Part shown: piece after piece, positions 43,441 through 54,550 of the stretch
Numbering within the stretch: the first letter of the stretch is position 1
How the letters are laid out: each line of letters starts with the position of its first letter
Translations under genes and position numbers: made by a program
The notes under the pieces: model-generated
The model's database searches: none
What the model saw: only the letters and a program-made list of their open reading frames with translations
What the model was told of the DNA's origin: nothing
From: Ignavibacteriota bacterium
Lineage (GTDB): Bacteria > Bacteroidota > Ignavibacteria > UBA10030
DNA length: 64,000 nucleotides
Reading direction: 5' to 3'
Assembly: GCA_963727825.1 (NCBI GenBank)
Contig: CAVSHO010000007.1
Coordinates: 32,001-96,000, forward strand

Positions 43441-44394
43441 ATGGCAAAAGTTATACTGGATTTTGAACGTCCGATTCTTGAGCTTGAACAAAAAATTATG
43501 GAGATGCGCAATTACGCCGACAACCTTGATATCGCCGATGAAATTGCGACACTCGAACAGAAAGTGGATCAGCTTCGTATGAACGTCTATAGTAACTTGA
43601 CGCGATGGCAGAGAGTCCAGCTTGCCAGACATCCGGATCGTCCATATACTTTGGATTATATCCAGTTAATGACGGAAGATTTCATTGAACTGCATGGCGA
43701 TCGGCGATTCGGCGATGATAAAGCAATTGTCGCCGGCTTTTGCAGGATCGATACAGAAACGGTTCTTATTGTTGGACATCAAAAAGGAAGAGACACTCGC
43801 ACCAACATCTACAGAAATTTTGGCATGCCTAATCCGGAAGGATATCGTAAGGCACTTCGTTTGATGCAGCTTGCGGCTAAATTTGGCAGGCCGATTATAA
43901 CTTTGCTTGATACACCAGGAGCGTATCCGGGAATTGGCGCAGAAGAACGCGGCCAGGGTGAAGCGATTGCACGCAATATGTTCGAGATGTCGCATCTTCC
44001 CGTGCCAATTATTATCGTCGTTATTGGAGAAGGAGCTTCAGGGGGCGCACTGGGCATCGGCGTAGGCGATCGTGTGCTAATGTTTGAAAATGCATGGTAT
44101 TCCGTTATTTCTCCGGAATCCTGTTCAAGCATTCTCTGGCGGAGTTGGGAATATAAAGAGCAAGCAGCTGAAGCGCTGAAACTGACGGCGCCTGATTTAT
44201 TAGAACAAGGGATTATTGATCGAATTATTCCAGAACCTAAAGGCGGTGCGCATCGTAATCCAAAGTTGATGGCGCAGACATTAAAAAGCACACTGCTGGA
44301 AGAGTTGAAAGCACTGCAGAAAATAAAACCGGATAGACTTATCCATCTGCGTGTCGAAAAGTTTTCAAAAATGGGTGCTTGGAAAGAAAAATGA
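43441..44394 (+). CDS. accA: Acetyl-CoA carboxylase carboxyltransferase alpha
   Basis: [30 protein letters not shown]. Confidence 0.98.
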   Translation: MAKVILDFERPILELEQKIMEMRNYADNLDIADEIATLEQKVDQLRMNVYSNLTRWQRVQLARHPDRPYTLDYIQLMTEDFIELHGDRRFGDDKAIVAGFCRIDTETVLIVGHQKGRDTRTNIYRNFGMPNPEGYRKALRLMQLAAKFGRPIITLLDTPGAYPGIGAEERGQGEAIARNMFEMSHLPVPIIIVVIGEGASGGALGIGVGDRVLMFENAWYSVISPESCSSILWRSWEYKEQAAEALKLTAPDLLEQGIIDRIIPEPKGGAHRNPKLMAQTLKSTLLEELKALQKIKPDRLIHLRVEKFSKMGAWKEK

Positions 44395-44430
44395 AACTAT
44401 TGCAGATTTTTAATTGCAAAAGCTATAGAA

Positions 44431-44868
44431 ATGATTAAGCATATTACAGAAATCCGTGTTCGGTATGCGGATACGGATCAAATGAAAGTTGTCTATCACG
44501 GAAAATATCTCGAATATTTTGAAGTGGGCCGCGCTGCATTGATCCGTTCGCTCGGATTACCATATTCAGAACTTGAAACCCGCGGAATTCTTCTGCCGGT
44601 AATTGAAGCGTTTGCTAAATATCGAAAACCTGCTCGTTACGACGATCTGCTGTCTATAGAAGCTATTGTTTCAGAATTACCTAAAGCGACACTTAAAATT
44701 AACTATCAAGTATTTCGGAATCACGAGAAAGAACCGCTTGCGGAAGGATACACCGTTCACGGTTTTATAAATGTCGCCACAGGGAAACCAACACGACCGC
44801 CATTGTATTTCATACAAATTATTGAGAAGGCATTAACTGCACCTGTAAACTCCGTAGGAAAAGATTGA
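44431..44868 (+). CDS. Acyl-CoA thioesterase (YbgC/4HBT family)
   Basis: VRYADTDQMKVVYHGKYLEYFEVGR. Confidence 0.92.
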   Translation: MIKHITEIRVRYADTDQMKVVYHGKYLEYFEVGRAALIRSLGLPYSELETRGILLPVIEAFAKYRKPARYDDLLSIEAIVSELPKATLKINYQVFRNHEKEPLAEGYTVHGFINVATGKPTRPPLYFIQIIEKALTAPVNSVGKD

Positions 44869-44935
44869 TGCCGAGTCCTGAATATTTACTATCTGTCCTA
44901 CTGAATTTTAGTTATCTCCTTTTTTAATAAAAATC

Positions 44936-46441
44936 ATGCTCGATAAAATTCTCCGCCTTGGAAAAGAGACTGCCATCTACGGCTTGAGTACCGTTGTTGG
45001 GCGATTGTTAAACTTTCTCATTGTTCCATTCTATGCCAATGTTCTCTTGCCTGCTGAAAACGGCGTCATCTCCAATATCTATGCTTACATTGCTTTTGCA
45101 TACGTCATCTTTTGCTACGGGATGGAGCCGGCATATATGCGCTTCGTATCGTCTCTGGAACTTGGCGATAAGAAACAAAACTTCAGTGTTCCTTTTCTTT
45201 CACTATTAGCGACATCAGTTCTGCTTGCGCTGGCGATTCATTTTAATTCCATTGCGCTGGCATCACTTTTAGGAATCGATCCTTCGCAGCATTATTTCAT
45301 TCAATATGCAGGATGGATCCTATGCTTGGATACGTTAACAGTGATTCCATTCGCTTCTCTTCGGATGGAACAGAAAGCGAAGCGATTTGCCACATTAAAA
45401 ATTTTCAACATCACCGCGAATCTTCTTCTTAATCTCGGATTGATACTTGGTCTTGGCATGCATGCGGAAGGAGTTTTTCTTGCAAATTTATTAGCATCCG
45501 GTCTCACCTTCCTTGCGATGATTGGTATGGTGTTTCGACGGTTGACTTTCAAATTTCCCACTGGATTATATAAAGAGATTCTTAAATTTGGTCTTCCATA
45601 TATTCCTGCCGGACTTGCAGGTATTGCGATGCAAGTGATCGATCGGCCAATTGTCAAAGCATTAACAAACGATGCAACACTTGGAATCTACCAGCTCAAT
45701 TATAGACTTGGCATTTTCATGATGCTTATTGTCGGGATGTTTGATTATGCGTGGCGGCCTTTTTTCCTCAATCATGCCAAAGATTCAGATGCAAAACAGC
45801 TCTTCTCGAAGGTGTTCACATATTTTGTACTTGGAGCAATGTCCATCTTTCTTACCATATCGTTATTTATTGAAGACATTGTCCGGATGAAATTTTTTGG
45901 AAAACAATTTTTCCCGCCGGTTTATTGGCAGGGCGTTGAAATAGTTCCGTGGGTGCTGTTGGCTTATGTCTTCACCGGAGCATACGTCGTGTTTGTCGTT
46001 GGTGTGTATCTTGAAAAGAAAACAAAATATTTACCGTTTATTTCTGGCGCTGGAGCACTGTTAAACGTTGGTGCGAACTTTTTTTTAATTCCTAAAATAG
46101 GAATTCTTGGTGCAGCGCTTTCAACATTGTTCAGTTATATTGTTATGGCCGTGGGTATGTATTTTGCTTCCCAGAGGTTCTATCGAGTAGAGTACGAATG
46201 GAATAAAGTTTTAAAGATTGTCGGGTCAGCAGCATTTATGTTCATAATCTATCGTTTACTGCATTTACAGCCGCTTGATTCTGTTGGCATATTATTGAAG
46301 CTTGCACTGGTGATTGCATTTGGCGTTGCATTAGTATTCCTAAAAGTGATCGATTCAAGGGAGATAACGGAGATAAAATCGATTGCTCAGAGGGTATTTA
46401 CTCGCTCCTCTGATTCAATGTCCAAAGAAAAACTGCCTTAA
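44936..46441 (+). CDS. Polysaccharide biosynthesis flippase (MOP superfamily)
   Basis: 'ETAIYGLSTVVGRLLNFL', ~14 TMs, 'FDYAWRPFF'. Confidence 0.85.
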   Translation: MLDKILRLGKETAIYGLSTVVGRLLNFLIVPFYANVLLPAENGVISNIYAYIAFAYVIFCYGMEPAYMRFVSSLELGDKKQNFSVPFLSLLATSVLLALAIHFNSIALASLLGIDPSQHYFIQYAGWILCLDTLTVIPFASLRMEQKAKRFATLKIFNITANLLLNLGLILGLGMHAEGVFLANLLASGLTFLAMIGMVFRRLTFKFPTGLYKEILKFGLPYIPAGLAGIAMQVIDRPIVKALTNDATLGIYQLNYRLGIFMMLIVGMFDYAWRPFFLNHAKDSDAKQLFSKVFTYFVLGAMSIFLTISLFIEDIVRMKFFGKQFFPPVYWQGVEIVPWVLLAYVFTGAYVVFVVGVYLEKKTKYLPFISGAGALLNVGANFFLIPKIGILGAALSTLFSYIVMAVGMYFASQRFYRVEYEWNKVLKIVGSAAFMFIIYRLLHLQPLDSVGILLKLALVIAFGVALVFLKVIDSREITEIKSIAQRVFTRSSDSMSKEKLP

Positions 46442-46555
46442 TTCCGTTCGTCTTAAAAGTCGATTGTAATGTTGATCTGATTGCCAGGCCGACCATATTT
46501 ATAGAACATGGAATGGTCATGTTTTACATCTTTCAATGAGCTTTCATTCCAATTC

Positions 46556-47326
46556 TCAATTGTCATTCGGATAACTATGATGGGGTTGCCATTTTAAAAT
46601 ACTTTGCACAAATGCATTCATGTGCTGATAGTGCGATCCTTTCCAGTATATTCGATCGCAAGATAAGCACTGCTGATATTCGTTGCACCAATCCTTTACC
46701 CTTTGTGGAATTCGTGAAAGTATTACTTCTTTTTCTACAAGTTGAAGCTTTGAATTACATTCGATACAGCGAATAAATGGAGATGCCAAACTGTAGAGAT
46801 CGAACCGCTCAAGTACTTCTAAAAGCTGAGAATATGGATCCGTGTTTTTTATCAGATATCCATGTGTAAGTGATTCGATATCCAATAGCGACTTGCTTCT
46901 GCTTAAGAGTATCCGATTTTTGTTTCTGGATATTGTGATGAGAGATTCCTTCGTCCAATTATTTTGATAAAGTGTGTCGAAACCGAACATCCGTAAGTGA
47001 TTGGCGAGTTTTCCAAGATGTACATCAAGGATGAACTTTGGTTGACGGAGAGGATGGTCTCGTATTTTTGTTACAGATGAGATGTCGAAGTTCTCGAATA
47101 CCGGATAGAAGGCGACCCGATCATTTTCCTCCAAGTAGTACGATAGTCCGACTGGTTTGTTATTTACAAGGATTAAGTCGATGAGGTCGGAAGGAATTCC
47201 AATTTTGTATACTAAATCTTTTATAGCTGTATCTGGTGGAAGAGATAAATAGAAAGTAACGAACCCTTGATTCGGGGGAAGGAAATCGTTCAATTCAGCA
47301 TAGCATCGAATAGAAACAAGAGACAT
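46556..47326 (-). CDS. Mut7-C ubiquitin-like plus Mut7-C RNase (PIN) domain protein
   Basis: YAELNDFLP; FILDVHLGKLANHLRMFGFD; CIECN...CLSCDRIYWKGSH. Confidence 0.9.
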   Translation of the reverse strand: MSLVSIRCYAELNDFLPPNQGFVTFYLSLPPDTAIKDLVYKIGIPSDLIDLILVNNKPVGLSYYLEENDRVAFYPVFENFDISSVTKIRDHPLRQPKFILDVHLGKLANHLRMFGFDTLYQNNWTKESLITISRNKNRILLSRSKSLLDIESLTHGYLIKNTDPYSQLLEVLERFDLYSLASPFIRCIECNSKLQLVEKEVILSRIPQRVKDWCNEYQQCLSCDRIYWKGSHYQHMNAFVQSILKWQPHHSYPNDN

Positions 47327-47386
47327 CGTTTCCTCAGACAATCTATGTAGGTTATCATTGGATTGCTGATGGCTGCGTTATAACTC

Positions 47387-47517
47387 GAACCTATCTCAAG
47401 AACTATAATATAGTCAGTCTGAGCTTGTCGAAGACTAACTATGTCCTGATTATTTACCCTTCGACGAGCTCAGGGTGACATTTTTTTATAGAATATTTTA
47501 TTTTTGAGATGGCTTCT
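47387..47517. mobile_element. MITE-like element containing a large REP-type inverted repeat
   Basis: Ends GAACCTATCTCAA / TTGAGATGGCTTC; internal GTCAGTCTGAGCTTGTCGAAG ... CTTCGACGAGCTCAGGGTGAC (47413-47479). Confidence 0.6.
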
Positions 47518-47533
47518 AATATCAATCTAAAGA

Positions 47534-48637
47534 TTATTTCTTCTGGAGCAGTGGCAGGGAAAGAGAAATAGTCGTTCCATTGCCCTGGACGCTGCTTACG
47601 GAAATATTGCCGCCATGAATTTCTGTCAAACGTTTTGCAATCATCAATCCTAATCCCAGCCCTTGCTGTTCATGCCGTTCCCGATCGAATTGCAAGAACA
47701 TATGAATCTTTTTGATTTGGTCTTCGGACATTCCGCGTCCACTGTCCTTTATTATTATTGTGCCCATTTCATTCTCGCAACCAGTCGAAATAATTACATG
47801 TGTACCGACAGCAGAAAATTTAAAAGCATTATCTATCACTTGGCGCAATAATTGTTCAAAATATTGTTCAGACACTGCTATAGACATTGGAGAGAGATTC
47901 AAGACAAGATCGGCGGAACGATTATTAGAAGACGCAAGCTCTTCTGCAACACGCTTAATGGTCCGATGGGCTTCTATAGAACCAATTTGGCGAGAAGCAG
48001 AAAGCTTAGCCTGATCATTTGGGAGTAGCAAGCATTGCGTGTGGACCCAAAATTTTTCCAAGGTCTGATTCATCCGCACAGCCGAATCAAACAATGCTTG
48101 TGTAAGCTCCTTAATTTCATTGGACGTCATCTCTGCTGCCTGCGATTTTAAAAGCTCTGCTAATCCTAAAATTCCTGTCATCGGCGTTCGCAGTTCGTGT
48201 GGCAGCGCGCGAGTAATATTTTCACTTAACTCATCGATTGCACGCTGTGATTCGTTTTTCCTTTGTTCAGCTTCCTCCAAACGCAGCTGGATTGCTTTAA
48301 TGAAATCATCAGTATCAAATGGTTTAAGGATAAAATCATTGGCACCTAGATTCATTCCCTTGCGGAGATGAGTGCGTGGATCTTGACCGGTCATAAAAAT
48401 GAATGGAATATGTGCAGTCGATTCATCCTTATGCAATTTTTCCAGAGTTTGAAATCCATCCATCCCCGGCATCTGAATATCGCATAAAATAAGATCGGGC
48501 AATATTTTCAAGGCTAGATCTACTCCTTCTTGTCCGTCTGAAGCTTCTTCCAATTCGTATCCAGAGGTTTCTATCATTAGTCGGACTACATTTCGCATAT
48601 CCGTGTCATCGTCAATACATAAAATTCGTTTTGCCAT
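47534..48637 (-). CDS. Hybrid response regulator-histidine kinase (REC-HisKA-HATPase)
   Basis: CDIQMPGMDG receiver; HELRTP; NAFKF, DSGRG, GLGLGL. Confidence 0.93.
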   Translation of the reverse strand: MAKRILCIDDDTDMRNVVRLMIETSGYELEEASDGQEGVDLALKILPDLILCDIQMPGMDGFQTLEKLHKDESTAHIPFIFMTGQDPRTHLRKGMNLGANDFILKPFDTDDFIKAIQLRLEEAEQRKNESQRAIDELSENITRALPHELRTPMTGILGLAELLKSQAAEMTSNEIKELTQALFDSAVRMNQTLEKFWVHTQCLLLPNDQAKLSASRQIGSIEAHRTIKRVAEELASSNNRSADLVLNLSPMSIAVSEQYFEQLLRQVIDNAFKFSAVGTHVIISTGCENEMGTIIIKDSGRGMSEDQIKKIHMFLQFDRERHEQQGLGLGLMIAKRLTEIHGGNISVSSVQGNGTTISLSLPLLQKK

Positions 48638-48926
48638 GATTAATTCTTCAATATTACTCTGAAGTATGCGAATATTTAGATTAGCGGTGGCGCCTCATTC
48701 TTCTGGTCAAACCCAGTTTTACTTTGTGAGAAATATAAACATCAAATGTGCCAATAGAAAGAAGTTAGACATAGATAGGGAAAAATGCAGAAAGAAGACT
48801 AATATAAATAAAATGGAATAGAAGTGAGGTAAAAAATAGCTAATAAGTGTGAAAAATGAAGAAAATACATATGCCATTTAATAAAGTCTAATTAGACTGT
48901 TCAGAGATTAAGATTTTTCACTTTTC

Positions 48927-48955
48927 TTGACTTTTCTGCCAAGTTTATGTATCTT
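48927..48955 (+). promoter_or_regulatory. Sigma70-type promoter of efp-accB-accC
   Basis: TTGACT-17bp-TATCTT. Confidence 0.5.
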
Positions 48956-49020
48956 TTCCACTCAAAATTCAAAAAATAGTATCATTTTTGCAAAATTTAG
49001 AGAGGATTTTAAGGCAAGAC

Positions 49021-49584
49021 ATGGCTTCAACTTCTGATTTTCGTATTGGTATGGTCATAGTTTTTAATGGGGAATTACACAGGATTGAGGAATATATTCA
49101 TAGAACTCCGGGTAATCTTCGTGCATTTGTTCAAGCAAAGCTCCGCAACCTAAGAAGCGGTCGGGTAACTGAGACTCGTTTCCGGTCTGGCGAAGATGTG
49201 GAAGAAGTCCGCGTTGAGCAGAAAGAATTCCAATATCTATTCCACGATGGTGCCAGTTATCAATTTATGGATAAAGTGAGCTATGAGCAGATGCCAGTGG
49301 ATGAAAAGGCATTGGGCGAAGGCGCAAAATTTTTAAAAGAAGGCGAAACAGTCCAACTGCAAATGGTTGGTTTGGATATTGTTGGCGCCGAAATTCCGCA
49401 ACATGTTGAGTTAAAAGTTACAGAAACGGAGCCAGGTGTTAAAGGTAATACCGCTACCGGCGCTTTAAAACCGGCTACTGTAGAAACTGGCGCCAGCATA
49501 AATGTACCGCTCTTTATCAACGAGGGCGATGTTATCCGAGTCGATACAAGAACAGGTAAATATTTAGAACGAGTGAATAGTTAA
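49021..49584 (+). CDS. efp: Elongation factor P
   Basis: [10 protein letters not shown] loop, [26 protein letters not shown]. Confidence 0.96.
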   Translation: MASTSDFRIGMVIVFNGELHRIEEYIHRTPGNLRAFVQAKLRNLRSGRVTETRFRSGEDVEEVRVEQKEFQYLFHDGASYQFMDKVSYEQMPVDEKALGEGAKFLKEGETVQLQMVGLDIVGAEIPQHVELKVTETEPGVKGNTATGALKPATVETGASINVPLFINEGDVIRVDTRTGKYLERVNS

Positions 49585-49643
49585 ATGTAATAAATTGCCT
49601 AAAAAAAATCTGCCTTACTGCGGTTTTTTTCATTGGAGATCTG

Positions 49644-50120
49644 ATGAACCTTTCTTATATAAAAAAAATTATCAAGCTTGTCGAAAACAGCACAATTGAT
49701 GAGCTAGAACTTGAAGAAGAGGGGACGAAAATCAAAGTTGCACGTAATCGCAACTCGGGAATCTATGTACAAACTGCAAATACCGGACAAACGGCAGTAC
49801 CGCAAGCCATGCCATCACATATTCCCCAGCAGGCAGGCTCGGTAAATTCTATTTCGCCGGCTGCTCCTGTGGAATCGAAATATCATGAAGTTCGTTCTCC
49901 CATCGTCGGTACTTTTTATCGTGCCCCATCTCCCGATGCTGAACCTTATGTAGAAGTAGGGCAAACAGTGCAGGTTGGCTCGGTTATGTGCATTGTTGAA
50001 GCAATGAAGTTAATGAATGAGATCGAATCGGATTGCACTGGCACTGTAGTGAATATCATTGCAGAGAACGGTAAACCAGTCGAATATAACCAAGTCTTGT
50101 TCCTGATTGAGAAAGCATAG
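49644..50120 (+). CDS. accB: Biotin carboxyl carrier protein
   Basis: [22 protein letters not shown]. Confidence 0.97.
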   Translation: MNLSYIKKIIKLVENSTIDELELEEEGTKIKVARNRNSGIYVQTANTGQTAVPQAMPSHIPQQAGSVNSISPAAPVESKYHEVRSPIVGTFYRAPSPDAEPYVEVGQTVQVGSVMCIVEAMKLMNEIESDCTGTVVNIIAENGKPVEYNQVLFLIEKA

Positions 50121-50152
50121 TGATTCATTCCCAATCTAGAAATCGCACTCCT

Positions 50153-51493
50153 TTGTTTAAGAAAATCCTTATAGCAAATCGTGGTGAAATTGCATTGCGC
50201 ATCATTCGCTCCGCCCGTGAATTAGGAATCAAGACGGTCGCCGTATACTCCGAAGCCGATCCCGATTCTCTTCACGTCAAGTTTGCCGATGAAGCCGTTT
50301 GCATAGGTCCGCCATCTAGCAAGCAGAGTTACCTCAATATTCCGCGGTTGATTGCCGCCGCAGAAGTTACAAATGCCGATGCTATTCATCCCGGTTATGG
50401 TTTCCTTGCAGAAAATGCAAACTTTGCTGAAATCTGCGCTTCTTCCGGCATCACTTTCATTGGTCCTCGTCCGGATGCAATTGCTTCCATGGGCGACAAA
50501 GCGCTTGCTAAAGAAACAATGAAAAAAGCGGGAGTGCCGGTTGTACCGGGAAGCGAAGGTACAATTTCAAATCTTGCCGACGCGAAAAAGATTGCGCAAG
50601 AAATTGGTCTTCCTGTAATCATTAAAGCAACAGCAGGCGGCGGTGGCAGAGGTATGCGCATAGTTCGTTCATTAGAAGAATTGGAAAATGCTTACCTTAC
50701 GGCAAGCCACGAAGCGGAAATTGCCTTTGGGAATGCAGCAGTCTATATTGAAAAATATATTGAAGAACCGCGTCATGTTGAAATTCAGATTATGGGTGAT
50801 CGGTTTGGAACGATTGTCCATTTCGGCGAACGTGATTGTAGTATTCAACGCAGGCACCAGAAATTAGCCGAAGAATCGCCATCGCCTGCACTTACACCGG
50901 AACTTCGAGAGGCAATGGGTATTGCGGCAGTGAAGGGTGCTAAAAGTGTAAGATATGTTGGAGCAGGAACAGTGGAGTTTTTGTTAGATAAAGACAAGAG
51001 CTTCTATTTTATGGAAATGAACACGCGCATTCAAGTTGAGCATCCTGTTACAGAAGAAGTAACGGGAGTAGATTTATTGAAGCTGCAGATCCAAATGGCA
51101 GCGGGAGAGCGGCTAAAAAAGGCTCAAGTCAAACCGCAATGGCATGTTATTGAATGCCGCATCAATGCGGAAGATCCGGCTATGGGATTCCGGCCAAGCC
51201 CTGGTAAGATTACGAGTCTGCATTTTCCCGGCGGTTTTGGCATTCGCGTAGATACGCATATCTATGCCGGATATGTTATTCCGCCTTACTACGATTCGTT
51301 GATCGCAAAGCTTATTGTGAAAGCTAAAACCAGAGAAGAAGCGATTACAAAAATGTACTACGCATTAGACGAATTTATTATCGAGGGAATCAAAACAACT
51401 ATTCCATTCCACAAGAAATTGATGTTGAATGATAAGTTTAAAAGCGGCGATTTCGATACAAAGTTCATCGAATCATTTGTGTTTGAAGATTAA
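50153..51493 (+). CDS. accC: Biotin carboxylase
   Basis: [13 protein letters not shown] (TTG start assumed), [20 protein letters not shown]. Confidence 0.97.
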   Translation: MFKKILIANRGEIALRIIRSARELGIKTVAVYSEADPDSLHVKFADEAVCIGPPSSKQSYLNIPRLIAAAEVTNADAIHPGYGFLAENANFAEICASSGITFIGPRPDAIASMGDKALAKETMKKAGVPVVPGSEGTISNLADAKKIAQEIGLPVIIKATAGGGGRGMRIVRSLEELENAYLTASHEAEIAFGNAAVYIEKYIEEPRHVEIQIMGDRFGTIVHFGERDCSIQRRHQKLAEESPSPALTPELREAMGIAAVKGAKSVRYVGAGTVEFLLDKDKSFYFMEMNTRIQVEHPVTEEVTGVDLLKLQIQMAAGERLKKAQVKPQWHVIECRINAEDPAMGFRPSPGKITSLHFPGGFGIRVDTHIYAGYVIPPYYDSLIAKLIVKAKTREEAITKMYYALDEFIIEGIKTTIPFHKKLMLNDKFKSGDFDTKFIESFVFED

Positions 51494-51594
51494 ATTTTAG
51501 ACATTCAACAAAGAGTTTAATTAAGGGATTTGCCGGTTTAATTGGTGGATAAACAACATTACTAATAAACCTTCTATATAAGTAAGAGGTTGCT

Positions 51595-51975
51595 ATGAAC
51601 TTCCCTGAAAACGTGAAATATACAGCAGACCATGAATGGATCCGAGTTGAAGGAAAATTTGGATGGATTGGGATTACGGATTACGCCCAAAGTGAATTAG
51701 GGGATATTGTGTACATTGAGATACCTGCCGTTGGCGCGAAAGTGGAAAAAGGCAAATCCTTTGGAACGATTGAAGCTGTGAAAGCTGTCTCCGATTTATT
51801 TGCGCCCATCTCCGGTGAAGTGGTCGAAGTTAACTTGGAGATGAATGACCATCCGGAAGTTGTGAATAAAGATCCATACGACAAAGGATGGATGGTAAAG
51901 ATCGTGATCACCGATCCTGCTCAGTTGGACACTCTCCTTGACGTGCAAGCTTATAAAAAACTCATAGGAAAGTAG
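51595..51975 (+). CDS. gcvH: Glycine cleavage system H protein
   Basis: HEW, GITDYAQ, IEAVKAVSD. Confidence 0.97.
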   Translation: MNFPENVKYTADHEWIRVEGKFGWIGITDYAQSELGDIVYIEIPAVGAKVEKGKSFGTIEAVKAVSDLFAPISGEVVEVNLEMNDHPEVVNKDPYDKGWMVKIVITDPAQLDTLLDVQAYKKLIGK

Positions 51976-52307
51976 TCCGCACACAATATTGAAAATTCTT
52001 GGTAAGACATACGCGTTTGCCTTTTATATGTCTTAAGGGATAAATAGACCTGTGTGGAACAGTAGTAAATTAATCGAAAACCCTCTTGCATCGCCTGCGA
52101 AGTACACTTTTCCGTCGTCAGTGTTTTCAATTTGCATCAGTTTATTCCTGATACTTCTTTTCAATTCAAGCATATATTTCTTACAGAAGCCGGTGCTATA
52201 CTTAGCAGTCATCGGACAAAATCTATTCGATCTTTTGAAAATCACTACTCATACGGAACGTTTCAGAATGTGTCTCCTAGCACAATAACCTTTCGGAAAG
52301 AAAAGAG

Positions 52308-53882
52308 TTGACGCGAAAAATGGTTGAAACACATCATCAGTACCGCAGCATCGTAGAAAGCTCACTTGATGGCATTATGATCGTGCGGGATGATAGAATT
52401 GTGTATGTCAACCCATCGGCTGTCAGTATCTTCGGTTATGCATCAGCGGAAGAAATGCAATTGCATAATTTCTCAGAGATCGTTGCTCCATCGAGTAAAC
52501 CATTCCTTACAATGACGCCCGATAGGCATGCAATAGGAGAAGAAGTATTAAGGAATTTCGAACTATGCGGATTGACGAAACAGGGAAAGATAATAGACCT
52601 GGAAGCCAATGCGCACGTGATTGCATGGAATAATCATCCTGCTGTGCAAGCGTCGTTTCGTACTATCACTGAACGAAAGATGCTTGAACGTGAACAAACA
52701 CAATGGTTATGGGAACAAGAGACACTAAGTGATATCGACCGAAAACTTGTTGGTGTTGTCGATCTGAATAAAATATTTGCCGCAATTTTACAGCACACGT
52801 TAAACTTGACACGCGCACATTTTGGCGGTGTCCTTCTGTTCAATGAACCAAACGTGCAATGGATCTCAATTTGCGGCAATACACTCCAACATTCGGGAGA
52901 AATGTTTAGTCCCAGTAAAACGCTGCATGATATTCTAAATAATGAAGAGCCATTGATTATCCATAATTCCAGCACCAATACGCAATATCCGTTTTCCCAG
53001 CTTTCCATTATTGAAGAGGAAAAACTTATTTCAACTGTATGGCTTCCATTGATTGTAGAGGGAAAGCATAGAGGAATGCTTGTTGTGGGATACCGCCAGT
53101 ACCACGATTTTGCCGAACGCGAGATGCAGCTGCTTATCTCGCTTGCCGAGAAACATTCTATCGCGATGATCAACGCTCAGCTCTACACAGATCTTATTCA
53201 ACGGGAAAAAGAATTGGAAATACTTTTAGGCGCGCGCGTGCAGGCACAGGAAGATGAACGCAGGCGCATAGCACGAGAAATTCACGACGGTCTTAGTCAA
53301 ATGTTAACAGCTATAAAATTCAATCTTGAAATATTAGAAGATACGATTACAGCAGGCAAGGATGAGCGTGAACGTATTGACAATGTGAAGAACTTGCTTG
53401 ACAGCGTTATGAAAGAAGCCCGCGAAATATCCTACAATCTTATGCCAAGTGTTTTGATCGAATTTGGATTGGCACCCGCGCTTCAACTTTTAAGTGAGCA
53501 ATTTGCTAATCGTACGAATGTGAAAGTTCAATTTCAAGCGCACGGTGTAACAAACCGGCTCGATCCAAATATGGAAATAGGTCTATACAGAATCGCACAG
53601 GAGTCGCTCAACAATATATCTAAACATGCAGAAGCCACGGAAGTAAATCTGCAAATCATTAATCATAGTAATGGCATTCGCCTGGTTATCGAAGACAATG
53701 GAAAAGGGATCGTCACTCCACCGAACCTTATCCGTGCAACAGGCAAAGGCGGTATGGGATTGCCGGGAATGCGTGAGCGTGCTTCTTCTTTCGGTGGTAT
53801 ATTTACAATTGATTCGACGCCGAATAATGGAACACTTATTACAGTAGAAGTACCGTTAACAAAATCAGATAATCATGAATAA
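52308..53882 (+). CDS. PAS-GAF sensor histidine kinase (HisKA_3 type)
   Basis: PAS, GAF, EDERRRIAREIHD, QESLNNISKHA, EDNGKG, GMGLPGMRER. Confidence 0.93.
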   Translation: MTRKMVETHHQYRSIVESSLDGIMIVRDDRIVYVNPSAVSIFGYASAEEMQLHNFSEIVAPSSKPFLTMTPDRHAIGEEVLRNFELCGLTKQGKIIDLEANAHVIAWNNHPAVQASFRTITERKMLEREQTQWLWEQETLSDIDRKLVGVVDLNKIFAAILQHTLNLTRAHFGGVLLFNEPNVQWISICGNTLQHSGEMFSPSKTLHDILNNEEPLIIHNSSTNTQYPFSQLSIIEEEKLISTVWLPLIVEGKHRGMLVVGYRQYHDFAEREMQLLISLAEKHSIAMINAQLYTDLIQREKELEILLGARVQAQEDERRRIAREIHDGLSQMLTAIKFNLEILEDTITAGKDERERIDNVKNLLDSVMKEAREISYNLMPSVLIEFGLAPALQLLSEQFANRTNVKVQFQAHGVTNRLDPNMEIGLYRIAQESLNNISKHAEATEVNLQIINHSNGIRLVIEDNGKGIVTPPNLIRATGKGGMGLPGMRERASSFGGIFTIDSTPNNGTLITVEVPLTKSDNHE

Positions 53883-54534
53883 AATACGAATTCTTCTCGC
53901 TGACGATCATCCGATGGTTCGCAGCGGCCTAATTAAATTATTAGAACCCCATAAAGAATTTATCGTTGTCGGTGAAGCCGGCGATGGTGAAGAAGCGGTC
54001 GAGATGACCAAGAAGTTGCAACCCGATATTGTAATCATAGATCTCTCGATGCCGAAGCTTTCGGGGATTGAAGCTACAAAGCTTATCCGAAAAAATAATC
54101 CTACGACTAAAGTTCTTGTGCTGACGATGCACGACAACGAAGAATACGTCTATCAGATATTTAAATGCGGCGCAGGCGGATACATGTTGAAAAATAGCGG
54201 AAGAGACGATCTTGTTGCTGCCATACAAGCAGTAGCAAAAGGAGAACACTTCTTTAGTCCGCGTGTCTCAGAAATTATGGTGAATGCGTACCTGCGGAAG
54301 GCGGATACACGAGAAAAACTTCCCCTCAGCAATGAAGATATCCCTTTAACCAAGCGCGAAAAAGAAATTCTCTTTTATATCGCGGATGGATTAAATAACT
54401 CTCAGATTGCCGAAAAACTTTTCATCAGTGTAAGAACAGTTGATACGCACCGGACAAATATTATGCAGAAACTTGACATACACGACGTTGCCAACCTTGT
54501 CCGGTATGCACTGAAGAAGAAAGAGAAACAATAG
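53875..54534 (+). CDS. NarL/LuxR-family response regulator
   Basis: LADDH, DLSMP, LTKREKEIL...IAEKLFISVRTVDTHR. Confidence 0.95.
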   Translation: MNKIRILLADDHPMVRSGLIKLLEPHKEFIVVGEAGDGEEAVEMTKKLQPDIVIIDLSMPKLSGIEATKLIRKNNPTTKVLVLTMHDNEEYVYQIFKCGAGGYMLKNSGRDDLVAAIQAVAKGEHFFSPRVSEIMVNAYLRKADTREKLPLSNEDIPLTKREKEILFYIADGLNNSQIAEKLFISVRTVDTHRTNIMQKLDIHDVANLVRYALKKKEKQ

Positions 54535-54550
54535 CCAGAGTCGTAATTAA

